IMG/VR virus record: IMGVR_UViG_3300025645_000083
Span: 1 to 58,834 of that record
Direction: 5' to 3' (one strand)
Source of the DNA: a virus
Taxonomy: Duplodnaviria > Caudoviricetes
DNA length: 58,834 bases
In this document: one piece after another, positions 9,508 through 19,140 of the stretch
Numbering within the stretch: position 1 is the first letter of the stretch
How the letters are laid out: each line of letters opens with the position of its first letter
Translations under genes and position numbers: made by a program
The notes under the pieces: model-generated
What the model saw: only the letters and a program-made list of their open reading frames with translations
Database searches by the model: none
What the model was told of the DNA's origin: nothing

Positions 9508-11376
9508 ATGGCTACCACAATAGATTGGGCTAACAAAATTATAAGCGTACCAAGAGCTGACATGACTTTATTACAGTCTGTTCCTGTTGAGGTTAGAGAA
9601 CTGAATCTTAATTCATTTAGACTGGAGCTAAAAGATCTAGAAGATGATATTGAGGGAATGGCATTTATAGATACACACTCACATAACACTGAAGTATTAC
9701 TTGGTGGTATTGTGTATGCGAGAGTACTTGAAATAATAAATGGTTATACTATAACTTTTGAAGATGGACAATATGCTGTTAATTTGGTTGGTGCAAACTC
9801 TAATGTTGGTGACAACGTTAATGTAAATCAAGTATCAGTAAGGTCTGCAAATGCTGCAGGTCTTATATCTAATTCAGCAATTGAGTACTCATCTTTTAAT
9901 GGAGCTGTAACAATTGATGTCACTTCTGGCATTACTGGTACAACATTTCCAAAAGGAACTGCACAAGCACCTGTGAATAATACTACAGATGCATTGTTGA
10001 TAGCAGAGTTTAGAGGTATTACGAGTATTCATGTTATTGGAGATATTACTTTTGATACTGGAGATGATATGAGCCACTTTGACATTCATGGAGAGCACGA
10101 AGAATCTAGTACTATAACAGTAAATCCTGGAGCCAATGTAGCTGACTCTGCCTTTAATAACTGTACACTACAGGGTTCTATGGATGGATCTACTACTATT
10201 TCTCACTGTAAGTTGTTAGACGTATCAATAGTTTCAGGACTTATTGAGAAATCTATATTGGGTGGAACTTTAACTCTTGACGGATCAGGAAATACAAATA
10301 TAATTGATTGCTATAGTGGACTTGCAGGAGAAGAAACCCCTACAATTGATTTTAATGGAACTGGATCTGGATTGATAATGAGAAACTATAGTGGTGGTAT
10401 AGAACTAACTAACAAGGCAGGAACAGAAGCTGTCAGTGTAGATTTAATATCAGGGCAGGTAAAGTTAACAAATACCATAACAGCAGGTGCAATAACCTTA
10501 AGAGGTGTTGGTAAGTTGACAAATGAATCAGCAGGTGCAACCATTAATGAAGAGATGTTAGATTCAAAAAATCTAAACAGAACTTTATTTACAAATGGAT
10601 TTGTATTTCTAGATTCAACTTCAACAATAACAGGAACTGAATTCCCAAAAGGAACTCAAGGATTCCCAGTAAACAATTTATCAGATGCTTTAGCAATTGA
10701 ACTTAATAATGGTTTACATGGAATTGAAATGCTAGGATTCTTTACAGCAACTGCAGCTCACAATTTAGATAAAACAATGATACATGGAGGCACAGGTAGC
10801 TCAAATGTATTGGTGTTAGCTGGAGCTAGTACAGATCAATCTGCTTTCATGAATTTAATCTTGACAGGGGCTCTTAATGGGCTGTCTAGAATTAGTAACT
10901 GTATACTAGGAACAACAGGTCTTGGTGGCTTTACAGAAGTAGAAGGAAGGATTAAAGATTGCATTATTAATAACAGTGCAGGAATAATACAAAAGAGTAC
11001 AGGTGCAGGAACACTGTTTGATAACTGTAGCTTTATTGCTCCAGACGATCCACAGATAACACTCAATGCAAATGGGAAGGGTTTATCTTTAAGAGATTGT
11101 ACAGGTAATATTTTGTTAACAAACAAAACAGACATTGAAGATGACCAATTGCACATTATAGGTGCAAGATTAGAATTAGCAGCTTCTTGTACAGCAGGTG
11201 GCTTCACAATAGATGGTAACGGAGTATTGACAGATAACAGTGTAGGAACTACTGTAGTTAGCAATCTTTCTTCTGGAGGTGGAAGTACAGTTTGGACGAC
11301 AGCAGAAAAAGATGAATCATTAGCTTACGGTAAGAAAGCAAGTGATAATGCAGAGCAAGCAAATTTAAAATTATAA
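9508..11376 (+). CDS. Putative structural protein with duplicated beta-helix units
   Basis: ITGTxFPKGTxxxPVNNxxDALxI occurs twice, each followed by Cys/Asn-ladder beta-helix-like sequence. Confidence 0.55.
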   Translation: MATTIDWANKIISVPRADMTLLQSVPVEVRELNLNSFRLELKDLEDDIEGMAFIDTHSHNTEVLLGGIVYARVLEIINGYTITFEDGQYAVNLVGANSNVGDNVNVNQVSVRSANAAGLISNSAIEYSSFNGAVTIDVTSGITGTTFPKGTAQAPVNNTTDALLIAEFRGITSIHVIGDITFDTGDDMSHFDIHGEHEESSTITVNPGANVADSAFNNCTLQGSMDGSTTISHCKLLDVSIVSGLIEKSILGGTLTLDGSGNTNIIDCYSGLAGEETPTIDFNGTGSGLIMRNYSGGIELTNKAGTEAVSVDLISGQVKLTNTITAGAITLRGVGKLTNESAGATINEEMLDSKNLNRTLFTNGFVFLDSTSTITGTEFPKGTQGFPVNNLSDALAIELNNGLHGIEMLGFFTATAAHNLDKTMIHGGTGSSNVLVLAGASTDQSAFMNLILTGALNGLSRISNCILGTTGLGGFTEVEGRIKDCIINNSAGIIQKSTGAGTLFDNCSFIAPDDPQITLNANGKGLSLRDCTGNILLTNKTDIEDDQLHIIGARLELAASCTAGGFTIDGNGVLTDNSVGTTVVSNLSSGGGSTVWTTAEKDESLAYGKKASDNAEQANLKL

Positions 11377-12002
11377 TGGATAAAATCAAGAACTACACAA
11401 TACTAATACTTTTAGTGTTTTCAGGAGTAATGATCTACCTACATACTAGGCCTGAAGTTATTCCAGATCCTATTACAATTACTATTCCAGGTTCCTCAGG
11501 AACCTCAGGATTAGTACAAATAGATACTGTTGAGGTTATAAAAGAGGTTAAAGTGTACTTGCCTGGAAAGAAAGAAATAGTAGTTGATAACTCGTATAAG
11601 GAAGCTTATGAGAGAGCTATTGAAGACAATGATGATTTAACTGCTAAGAATCTATTCTTAGAGTCTATTAGAATTAAAGAGTATAATGAGATTGCAATTG
11701 ACAATGATACTATTAAGGTTGACCTATATGCTAAGACTAGAGGAACTCTATTAGCATATAAGATTGATTACAATATAAAAGATAAGGAATTTACGTATAC
11801 ACCAGAGGTAATGCATATAAGACCTAAGATGACTGTTCTACTTGGATTAGAGGCAGTATTACCACCAATAGGATCTGGTACGCCAGCGCTAAAGCTTGAT
11901 TTAGGATTTCAAGGACAAGGTGGAGATATATGGTCAGGAGGTATAGATACGCAAGGAAACAAGTATGTTGGCTTTAAAAAGTCTTTTACTATATTTAAAT
12001 AG
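11376..12002 (+). CDS. Membrane-anchored protein, spanin candidate
   Basis: One N-terminal TM helix, IDTVEVIKEV segment, C-terminal amphipathic beta-strands; last gene of the lysis-containing block. Confidence 0.45.
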   Translation: MDKIKNYTILILLVFSGVMIYLHTRPEVIPDPITITIPGSSGTSGLVQIDTVEVIKEVKVYLPGKKEIVVDNSYKEAYERAIEDNDDLTAKNLFLESIRIKEYNEIAIDNDTIKVDLYAKTRGTLLAYKIDYNIKDKEFTYTPEVMHIRPKMTVLLGLEAVLPPIGSGTPALKLDLGFQGQGGDIWSGGIDTQGNKYVGFKKSFTIFK

Positions 12003-12057
12003 TTACATTTTAGCTATAATGCGTACTAGAATATAGTGATTTCATTCCGTATTTTCG
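12003..12057 (+). promoter_or_regulatory. Palindromic element plus -7-like box upstream of the capsid operon (candidate late promoter)
   Basis: CATTTTAGCTATAATG (12006-12021), then TATTTTCG at 12050, the same spacing as at 3863-3917. Confidence 0.6.
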
Positions 12058-12087
12058 TATGCAAGGAGAATATATTATATATAAAAC

Positions 12088-13182
12088 ATGGAAGGATTAA
12101 CATTAGATGATCTTGCTTTTGACGAGAATGGTACAGACGGACTATTCGAAACGTTCAAAGCAAGTGACAAAGATTTAGAGAACCTAGGCAATGCCGGTGG
12201 AACTAAAGAAGAAAAAATTAAACCCAATAGTGATGGCGTAAGCCAAGAGAGCGTAGCTGCGGGAAAAGACAAACAAGTTCAGGGAGGTAAAACACCCGGT
12301 AATGATGACGGAAGCAATTCTTCCTCTCCTAAACCGAATGATACTGAACAGCTTTATTCAAACCTAGCTACCCAATTCAAAACTAGCGGAGTTTTACCTG
12401 GACTTGAAGATACATCAGAAATTAAGACCTTAGATGATCTTAATTCTGCAATTCAAAAAGAAGTAGATTCTAGATTGACTGACACACAGAGAACAATCAA
12501 AGAAGCTTCAGAAGCTGGCCTAGATGCCAGTGCAGTTTCAAAGCAACTTAATGTTGTTTCGAAGCTTAAATCTGTTTCAGAAGAGTATATCTCTTCAGAT
12601 GCAAACCTAGAATTCCGTAAAGGAGTTATTGCTCAAGATTTCTTAAGCAGAGGTTACAATAAAGAAAGGGCTGAAATTATGGCTCAGAGAAGTATTGATG
12701 CAGGCAGTGATGTAGAGGATGCTAAATTAGCACTTACTAGTATCATTGGAATAGAAGAAAAGAAAATAGCTGATGCAATTCAATCAGCTAAAGATGACGA
12801 GAATGACTCAATAAATGATATCAAATCTCATCTTGAAAAAACTGAAGAGGTAGTCCCAGGAATTAAACTCACACAAGAACAGAAAGATGAGTTATATAAA
12901 CAAATGACTACTGACTTAGGGAATAAAGAAAATGCTTTTATAAAATCTCAAAAGGAAGATCCTATCGGATCCAGAATTAAGTTAGAAGCAATATTCTTTA
13001 TAACAAAGGGATTAACTGATTTCTCAGTATTTGGTAATGCTAAAGAAACAGACATCTCTAAAAATATTGAATCTCTCTTAAGAGGAGCTGATTTCACTGA
13101 AAATGGACGTATCAATACTGATATGCCAGATGACAATGGAACTTTTACATTAGCTGATCTTAAAGATTTACAAATAGAATAG
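12088..13182 (+). CDS. Putative capsid scaffolding protein
   Basis: Acidic, disordered N-terminus and helical body; directly upstream of the MCP as in crAss-like phages. Confidence 0.65.
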   Translation: MEGLTLDDLAFDENGTDGLFETFKASDKDLENLGNAGGTKEEKIKPNSDGVSQESVAAGKDKQVQGGKTPGNDDGSNSSSPKPNDTEQLYSNLATQFKTSGVLPGLEDTSEIKTLDDLNSAIQKEVDSRLTDTQRTIKEASEAGLDASAVSKQLNVVSKLKSVSEEYISSDANLEFRKGVIAQDFLSRGYNKERAEIMAQRSIDAGSDVEDAKLALTSIIGIEEKKIADAIQSAKDDENDSINDIKSHLEKTEEVVPGIKLTQEQKDELYKQMTTDLGNKENAFIKSQKEDPIGSRIKLEAIFFITKGLTDFSVFGNAKETDISKNIESLLRGADFTENGRINTDMPDDNGTFTLADLKDLQIE

Positions 13183-13208
13183 TAACAACTTTTTTAAACA
13201 ATTAATAA

Positions 13209-14708
13209 ATGCAATTAGGTAGATTTCAGGTAACTGACGCAAAGGCTTTTGCAGGAATGATTAATCCAGAAAACACTTTAGGTGCTATTTGGAAAGCATC
13301 TCCTCAAAAGATTAACGACGCAATGATCAAACTTTTGGCAATTCACAGAGGTAAGTCTTTGGAGAATATGCTGAACATGTTTGAGACAAAGTATGTAGAA
13401 AACGATAATGAATTCTATTGGGAACTTATAGGTAGTTCTCGTAGAAATATCCCATTATTCGAGGCACGCTATAAAGGTGCAACTGTAACAAGTGGTGATT
13501 CAAACATTGGTGAAGGTGGAACAACTTTTGAGTTGGCATTCCCTGAGCAATGGTTCTTCAAAGGAGAAATCATCGTTGGTGAGAAAAATGAGGTATATCC
13601 AATCCGTGTGATTGATGATGGTCAAGCAGAAGGTAGTCTTTATGTCTACACATGTGAGACTGCAGGATCAAGCAGAGATGGTATTCCAGGTGAAGAATTA
13701 GTATCAGGTAAAAGATTCAACGAAGAGTTCGCTCCAGTTGGAAAAGGACTTTCTAGAGAAGTTGGTGGTGTTCGTAGAGTAACTCCAGTTTCAATGAGAG
13801 GTGAGCTTACTACTATTCGTATCGACCACAAATTACCAGGTGATGCAACAGGTAAAAAAGTAGCTATGGGTATTCCTGTACTTACTAAGTCTGGAGAAAA
13901 GAAAGTTTTCCCAACATTAGCTCTTTACGAAGACTGGTTGGTTGAGCAAGAATTCTCAATGTACAAAAACAAATACTTGCTTTATGGTAAGTCTAACAGA
14001 ACTGCTGATGGTGAATACCACAACAAAGATGTATCTGGAAGATCTATCAAAATTGGATCTGGTATCCGAGAACAAATGGAGCAATCAAATACTTACTACT
14101 ATAATGACTTCTCTATCGAGATGTTAGAAGAAATCCTTTTTGGATTGTCTGAAGGTAAATTAGGATTTGATCAACGTGTGTTTATCTTACGTACTGGTGA
14201 AAGAGGTGCTGCTGAATTCCACAAAGCTGTCTTACAGACAACTTCAGGATGGGCTGCTCATATGTCTACACCGGGAACTAATCCGTCAACTATCAAGAGT
14301 ACTAACTCTGAGTTACATAGTAACGCAATGAGTGCAGGATTCCAGTTCACAGAATACATGGCGCCAAATGGTGTAACTGTTAAGTTAGAAGTAGATGATT
14401 TCTACGATGACAAAGTACGTAACACTATACGTATCCCAGGAAGTAATGGTGTAGCTGAATCTTATAGATTCGATATATTTTACATCGGTACTCCAGAAGA
14501 GCCAAACATCCAATGTGTTAAGGTAAAAGGTAAAGAAGAAATCAGAGGCTACCAATGGGGCTTCAGAAATCCTTTCACTGGTGCTGTAAACAACGGTAAC
14601 ATGGGAACTTTAGAGGATGCAGGTACTATTACTAAATTCTGTCAGTTAGGTGTTGTGGTTTATGACCCAACTCGTACTGCTCAGCTTATACCATACGTAT
14701 TAGCATAA
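13209..14708 (+). CDS. Major capsid protein, crAss-like
   Basis: Motifs recalled from crAss001-type MCP: RGKSL, IGSSRRNIPLxEAR, PVSMR, TGERGA, AGFQFxEYxAPNG, RGYQWGxRNPFTG, DPTRT. Confidence 0.95.
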   Translation: MQLGRFQVTDAKAFAGMINPENTLGAIWKASPQKINDAMIKLLAIHRGKSLENMLNMFETKYVENDNEFYWELIGSSRRNIPLFEARYKGATVTSGDSNIGEGGTTFELAFPEQWFFKGEIIVGEKNEVYPIRVIDDGQAEGSLYVYTCETAGSSRDGIPGEELVSGKRFNEEFAPVGKGLSREVGGVRRVTPVSMRGELTTIRIDHKLPGDATGKKVAMGIPVLTKSGEKKVFPTLALYEDWLVEQEFSMYKNKYLLYGKSNRTADGEYHNKDVSGRSIKIGSGIREQMEQSNTYYYNDFSIEMLEEILFGLSEGKLGFDQRVFILRTGERGAAEFHKAVLQTTSGWAAHMSTPGTNPSTIKSTNSELHSNAMSAGFQFTEYMAPNGVTVKLEVDDFYDDKVRNTIRIPGSNGVAESYRFDIFYIGTPEEPNIQCVKVKGKEEIRGYQWGFRNPFTGAVNNGNMGTLEDAGTITKFCQLGVVVYDPTRTAQLIPYVLA

Positions 14709-14714
14709 TAAAAA

Positions 14715-14789
14715 TAGGTGTTCCCCTACTCTCGGGTAGGGGATTAATCCTAAAAGCTTTAGTGGAATATTGGGCTTTACCAAATCCAC
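14715..14789 (+). other. Two tandem stem-loops after the MCP gene
   Basis: TCCCCTAC-TCTCGG-GTAGGGGA (14722-14743) and GTGGAATATTGG-GCTTTA-CCAAATCCAC (14762-14789); no U-tract. Confidence 0.65.
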
Positions 14790-14842
14790 AATGTCATAAG
14801 GAGGCAAAAGGAAGAATTATTTATATTAAAAATTAGGAAAAC

Positions 14843-15745
14843 ATGGCTGTAAAAGCAAAAGTAAAGGTATCAGAGAATGTTGTTAAGGACGAAGTTCCAA
14901 TGACAGATTTTTTAAAGAACGAAACAGTAACTGTTAAGTATTTGTTAAAGACAAATGCTAATATTAAAGACCCAAAGCATGTTGGGTACGGTGGATTATT
15001 TAACGGAACAGAAATAGCAATTCCTGCTCCAACATTAGATAATAAAAAGATGAAAAACATCTTAACCGATAAAGAGAAAAATGGATTAGAATTTGCCTTA
15101 GGCGGAGAGAATCTATCAATATATTCTGAATTCTGGAAAGAAGGAGGAAAGGGTAATGGAATTTTTCCTATTTATTTAGGTAAGCAGGATTTAGTATTAG
15201 ACTTATCTGATCCATATGATTATATTAAATATAAAGTTTTAAAGATTAGCCCTCTAGTTGCTGGTGGATTAGATGAAATCAGAAACAAAGCTACATACAG
15301 ATTTGTATTAGTTGCAGAAGGTGAGCAAACTTTAAAAGATAAAGCTGCAGTTGGAAATAAAGTATTAGCATTCGAAAAGTATGTTGAATTTAAGAACAAC
15401 AAGCCAGTGTTAAGATATATTTTAAGAAACCTAGGTAGATATACTAGTAAAAGTCAAAAGATTGACTTCTTGCAGATAGAAGCTGCAAAGATGATTGAAA
15501 AAGACGCTAACTTGTTTGTGGCAATTACAAATGACAAATACATTGGAACTAAGGTTCTTTTAGAAGAGTGTCATGAGTACAATGTAATTGATAATAAAGA
15601 CAAAAAGTTTTATACTAAAGATGGAGAGCCAATCTCAGAGGGTGATACGCCAACGTTAGAAGTGGCATCAGCGTATTTATCAAGTCCATTAGGACAAGAG
15701 ATGAGGTTGACTTTAGAAGCAAAATTAAAGAATACTAAAGAGTAA
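14843..15745 (+). CDS. Conserved crAss-like capsid-module protein (gene 75 / portal-auxiliary-like)
   Basis: LDLSDPYDYIKYKVL and KATYRFV motifs; position directly after the MCP. Confidence 0.75.
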   Translation: MAVKAKVKVSENVVKDEVPMTDFLKNETVTVKYLLKTNANIKDPKHVGYGGLFNGTEIAIPAPTLDNKKMKNILTDKEKNGLEFALGGENLSIYSEFWKEGGKGNGIFPIYLGKQDLVLDLSDPYDYIKYKVLKISPLVAGGLDEIRNKATYRFVLVAEGEQTLKDKAAVGNKVLAFEKYVEFKNNKPVLRYILRNLGRYTSKSQKIDFLQIEAAKMIEKDANLFVAITNDKYIGTKVLLEECHEYNVIDNKDKKFYTKDGEPISEGDTPTLEVASAYLSSPLGQEMRLTLEAKLKNTKE

Positions 15746-15752
15746 CAACTAA

Positions 15753-16493
15753 ATGACAACACCAGAGTTTATCTCAGAATTTGATTTAGGATATAACAAC
15801 ATACTAGGGGAAGGTGCACCAGGTCTTGACAATTATGAAAGATCGGTGTACTTAACCACATCTCAAGAAGAGTTAGTTAAGGGGTTATATAGCGGTAATA
15901 ATAATTCTAGGCAAAGTTTCGAAGATACAGAAAGAAACAGACGAGCTCTAAATGAACTTGTAATAGATAGCAAATCAGTTGATCTTGCTACTACATCAAA
16001 AGGATTAGTTGCAGACTCAAAGTTCTTTATAGTACCAAGTGATATTATGTTTATCATTGCAGAGACTGCTACAATTTCAAGTACAGATTCGTGCTTGAAT
16101 GGAAAAATTATAACAGTTAAGCCTATTACTCATGATGAGTTCATGGTAAGTTATAAAAATCCATTTAGAAAGCCTAATGCTAATAAAGTGTTTAGACTTG
16201 ATATTTCAAAGGTAGGAAGCTCAAAAGTAGTAGAATTAGTATCATCTGAATTATTAAGTCAATATAATTTAAGATATGTTAAGTACCCTAATCCAATCAT
16301 AGTCAGTGATTTAACTACTGATACACAAGTTGGAGGATTAGGTTTAACAATAAATGGTCTCACAGCAGTTGCAGGTTCGGAATTAAATTCGTATCTTCAC
16401 AGAGAGATAGTTAACAGAGCGGTAGAATTAGCTGTAAGAGATTATAGAGAAAACACGCTTAAAGCTAGAATAGAAACAAATAATAGAGTATAA
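15753..16493 (+). CDS. Tail ring protein (crAss gene 74-like)
   Basis: EFDLGYNNI..APGLDNYExSVYLT, YVKYPNPII and HREIVNRAVELA motifs. Confidence 0.8.
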   Translation: MTTPEFISEFDLGYNNILGEGAPGLDNYERSVYLTTSQEELVKGLYSGNNNSRQSFEDTERNRRALNELVIDSKSVDLATTSKGLVADSKFFIVPSDIMFIIAETATISSTDSCLNGKIITVKPITHDEFMVSYKNPFRKPNANKVFRLDISKVGSSKVVELVSSELLSQYNLRYVKYPNPIIVSDLTTDTQVGGLGLTINGLTAVAGSELNSYLHREIVNRAVELAVRDYRENTLKARIETNNRV

Positions 16494-16513
16494 ATTAAAA
16501 ACAATTAAACATT

Positions 16514-17482
16514 ATGGGATTAGCTGGTCAAAACCAAGTTAGACAATTTTATCCAGGATTAGACTTTCCTGGACACGCAACAATTACAGCCTTAAAGGGT
16601 GGTACAGTAGGAGATTTAGCCTGCTTATCAGCTGACGGAACAGTAGCTGCTGCTGGAGAACCTGTTAAAATATTTAATCTTAATGCGGCTGGTAACCTAG
16701 TTGCTTCTGACAGTATTAAAGCAAGTAATTTAGTATATGCAAAATCTGTTGCTTATACGGCTCCAATTTTAGGATCTGTAACATTTAGTGCATTAGCTGC
16801 ACCAACGGTAGGTGAATTAGTAACGGTAGAAATAGTAATCAAAGGATTTGGTTCTTATTCTCCGGAAGATGAGTATGTAAAGAAAGCTTTTTACAAAGTA
16901 GTTACAGGAGATGATCAAGAAGCTGTCGTAGACGGACTTATTACTTCATTGAATCGTAATTTCTCTCGTGAAGTTGGAGCAACTGCAACATCAAACCCTT
17001 CTTTCGCATTCACTAAAACTGGATCAACAACTACTGCTGCTTTAGTTATCACTGAAAAAGATCAAATCTTAAACTACGTAGTAGGTAAGAAAGAAAGAGT
17101 AAATATTGATTTTTCAGCAGATATGAAGTCAACAGTATTACCAACCAAAACAGTTGTATCTTCAACTCAAGGAATTGGTTCTGGTAAAACAGTAGCTTCT
17201 ATGGAGTGGTACTTGAAAGGTGAAAGAAATGATTTCTACCGCGAGGCAGGATATCCACATAACTTAGAGAACTCTTACGAGATTAATCCTGCGGGAACTT
17301 ACAATCTTATCGAGTTAGCTTACTATGATGAAGGAAGAGACGAAGCGAAGAAAAGTAATAAACAAATTACTATTGCTATGCCTTTTACAAATTTAGCTGG
17401 AAATGCAGCAATCAATTTGCTTATTGCAGAATTGAATACAGCATTAGGAGCTGGTACTTTAGATGCTCTAGCAGTAATCTAA
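16514..17482 (+). CDS. Auxiliary capsid protein (crAss gene 73-like)
   Basis: NQVRQFY and GKxVAxMEWYxKGERxDxYRxAGYP motifs; followed by a terminator. Confidence 0.8.
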   Translation: MGLAGQNQVRQFYPGLDFPGHATITALKGGTVGDLACLSADGTVAAAGEPVKIFNLNAAGNLVASDSIKASNLVYAKSVAYTAPILGSVTFSALAAPTVGELVTVEIVIKGFGSYSPEDEYVKKAFYKVVTGDDQEAVVDGLITSLNRNFSREVGATATSNPSFAFTKTGSTTTAALVITEKDQILNYVVGKKERVNIDFSADMKSTVLPTKTVVSSTQGIGSGKTVASMEWYLKGERNDFYREAGYPHNLENSYEINPAGTYNLIELAYYDEGRDEAKKSNKQITIAMPFTNLAGNAAINLLIAELNTALGAGTLDALAVI

Positions 17483-17505
17483 GAATCAAAATAAATTTAA
17501 TAACC

Positions 17506-17545
17506 AAGAGGGGTAAGGAGTTAATCTCTTTACCTCTTTTTTTTT
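17506..17545 (+). terminator. Rho-independent terminator
   Basis: AAGAGGGGTAAGGAG-TTAAT-CTCTTTACCTCTT followed by a long T run. Confidence 0.85.
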
Positions 17546-17558
17546 ACTTCAAAATAAA

Positions 17559-18131
17559 ATGGCAATAACAGTTAAAACATTTATAGTATCTAATGACAAA
17601 TTAACAATTGATGTTGATTTAGAAGTTGGTGCTGGTCAACTATTCACAGGGGTCACTCTATGGACAGAGGCAACATATAAGAGTCCAACTACTGGCGTGG
17701 ACTTAAGCTCTCTATTAGCGGGAGCAACAAATACAGAGACATTTACTATTACAGCTGCTGACGTAGGTGTTAGTACTTTTGAGGGTATTTATATTGCAGA
17801 AATCACAAGTGATGATCCATTAGCTGTTATAGTAGCTACTGCTCCATTGGCTAAATACTATGCCGTTATGGCAACATTACTAGCTAACGTAGACTTATCA
17901 TGCTTAAGTTGTAATACAAACTTTCAGAACGCATTGCTATTAGACCTATATGTTGAAGCAATGAGACAGGCTTTAATACTTGGAAGATTCCAAGACGCAA
18001 TAACATACTTACAAAGAATAAATCTATATACATCAACATCATGTGATTCTTGTGACAATATTGACCCAGTGGTATCATCTGCCGGCAGTATAGTTTCAGT
18101 TGGAGTGATTGATTGTATTTTAACATCATAA
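17559..18131 (+). CDS. Putative tail hub/collar protein
   Basis: Ig-like N-terminus plus helical C-terminus with CxxC pairs; occupies the position of crAss tail-hub genes. Confidence 0.55.
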   Translation: MAITVKTFIVSNDKLTIDVDLEVGAGQLFTGVTLWTEATYKSPTTGVDLSSLLAGATNTETFTITAADVGVSTFEGIYIAEITSDDPLAVIVATAPLAKYYAVMATLLANVDLSCLSCNTNFQNALLLDLYVEAMRQALILGRFQDAITYLQRINLYTSTSCDSCDNIDPVVSSAGSIVSVGVIDCILTS

Positions 18132-18133
18132 AC

Positions 18134-19096
18134 ATGACGCCAAACAATGCAAACGTATTCTTGTCATCTGTTGCTAGAACTGATAAAAGGTTTAAGTATT
18201 ACGGAACAGGAAGCATAGAAAATATCAGCCTATTAAAAATGATTTATAAGTATGCTTGTTATGCTGGGGATTATGATACATTACAGAAGTTAGATAGACT
18301 TGTTAGCTTATTGCAACAAATGGATCCAGATATCTGTGTCAATGTTCATAATGCTGTTGGATCAGGATTCTTCCCAGAGGATAATCCAGATGTATCTATA
18401 CCAGATACTAGTAACAATACTGCTCCTACAATAACAGTAGGATCAGTTACTGTTGGTGCCGATGATAACACTTATAGTGTATTTGTTATAGGTGATTTTA
18501 CTAATTCATTTTCTGATGCTGATGGAGATGGCATTGGAGATGTAGTTATTAAAACACTACCAGCTAATGGTACGTTAACTTACAACTCAATAGATGTTAC
18601 TACTAATCAAGTTATACCAAAAGAATCAATAGGAAGTTTAGTTTATACAAGAAATTCAACTCTTGGTTATAGCACTAACTTTAACTATGCCGTGTATGAT
18701 GACAACCAAAATCCTTTACAATCTAATACGGTACAAATGGCAATTGAGGTTATTGTTGCAAGTAATCAGCCTGCTACAATAGGTGATAACACAATTTACT
18801 CTGACAATAGAGAGGTAACTATACTTACCTTAGCTATGTTTACTTCCGGACTAACGGCTCCATATAATGATCCAGAAGCGGATCTTATTGATGCTATTAG
18901 AATAGATGATATATCATCTACAAATGTAGGTGTATTTAAACTAAATGGAATAGCTATATCAGAGTTAGATATTATAACTAGAGAACAATTGAATGCTAGC
19001 TTATTCACGCACGAAGGACCAAATCAAGATACTATTAGTTCTGATGTGTTTGGATTTTCAGCACGAGATGAAGGCTCTTTAATCTGGGTACAATAA
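18134..19096 (+). CDS. Helical anchor domain plus two cadherin/Ig-like domains (last one truncated)
   Basis: NxAP/NQPA...DxDGD/DPEAD...LPANGTL...FxYxVxD repeats; ATG at 18134 follows the upstream stop. Confidence 0.75.
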   Translation: MTPNNANVFLSSVARTDKRFKYYGTGSIENISLLKMIYKYACYAGDYDTLQKLDRLVSLLQQMDPDICVNVHNAVGSGFFPEDNPDVSIPDTSNNTAPTITVGSVTVGADDNTYSVFVIGDFTNSFSDADGDGIGDVVIKTLPANGTLTYNSIDVTTNQVIPKESIGSLVYTRNSTLGYSTNFNYAVYDDNQNPLQSNTVQMAIEVIVASNQPATIGDNTIYSDNREVTILTLAMFTSGLTAPYNDPEADLIDAIRIDDISSTNVGVFKLNGIAISELDIITREQLNASLFTHEGPNQDTISSDVFGFSARDEGSLIWVQ

Positions 19097-19137
19097 TGGC
19101 AATATTCACAATAACAAATACAGGCACTAAGCCTTAA
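19096..19137 (+). CDS. 13-aa micro-ORF MAIFTITNTGTKP, resembling the N-terminal strand of the next gene
   Basis: TAATG overlap with the upstream stop, fills the gap, ends 3 nt before the next ATG; similar to MAKFNVTNV. Confidence 0.55.
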   Translation: MAIFTITNTGTKP

Positions 19138-19140
19138 TAC

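Noticed and set aside
1-13208. Portal and terminase not adjacent to the MCP
   Set aside because: As I recall, fibre genes separate portal from MCP in crAss001-type genomes; they probably lie upstream of the window.
14734-14741. GGGTAGGG matches the E. coli KOPS, a possible target of the FtsK-gamma insert
   Set aside because: Only one instance noticed, explained by a hairpin arm; no reason to assume the E. coli motif applies in this host.
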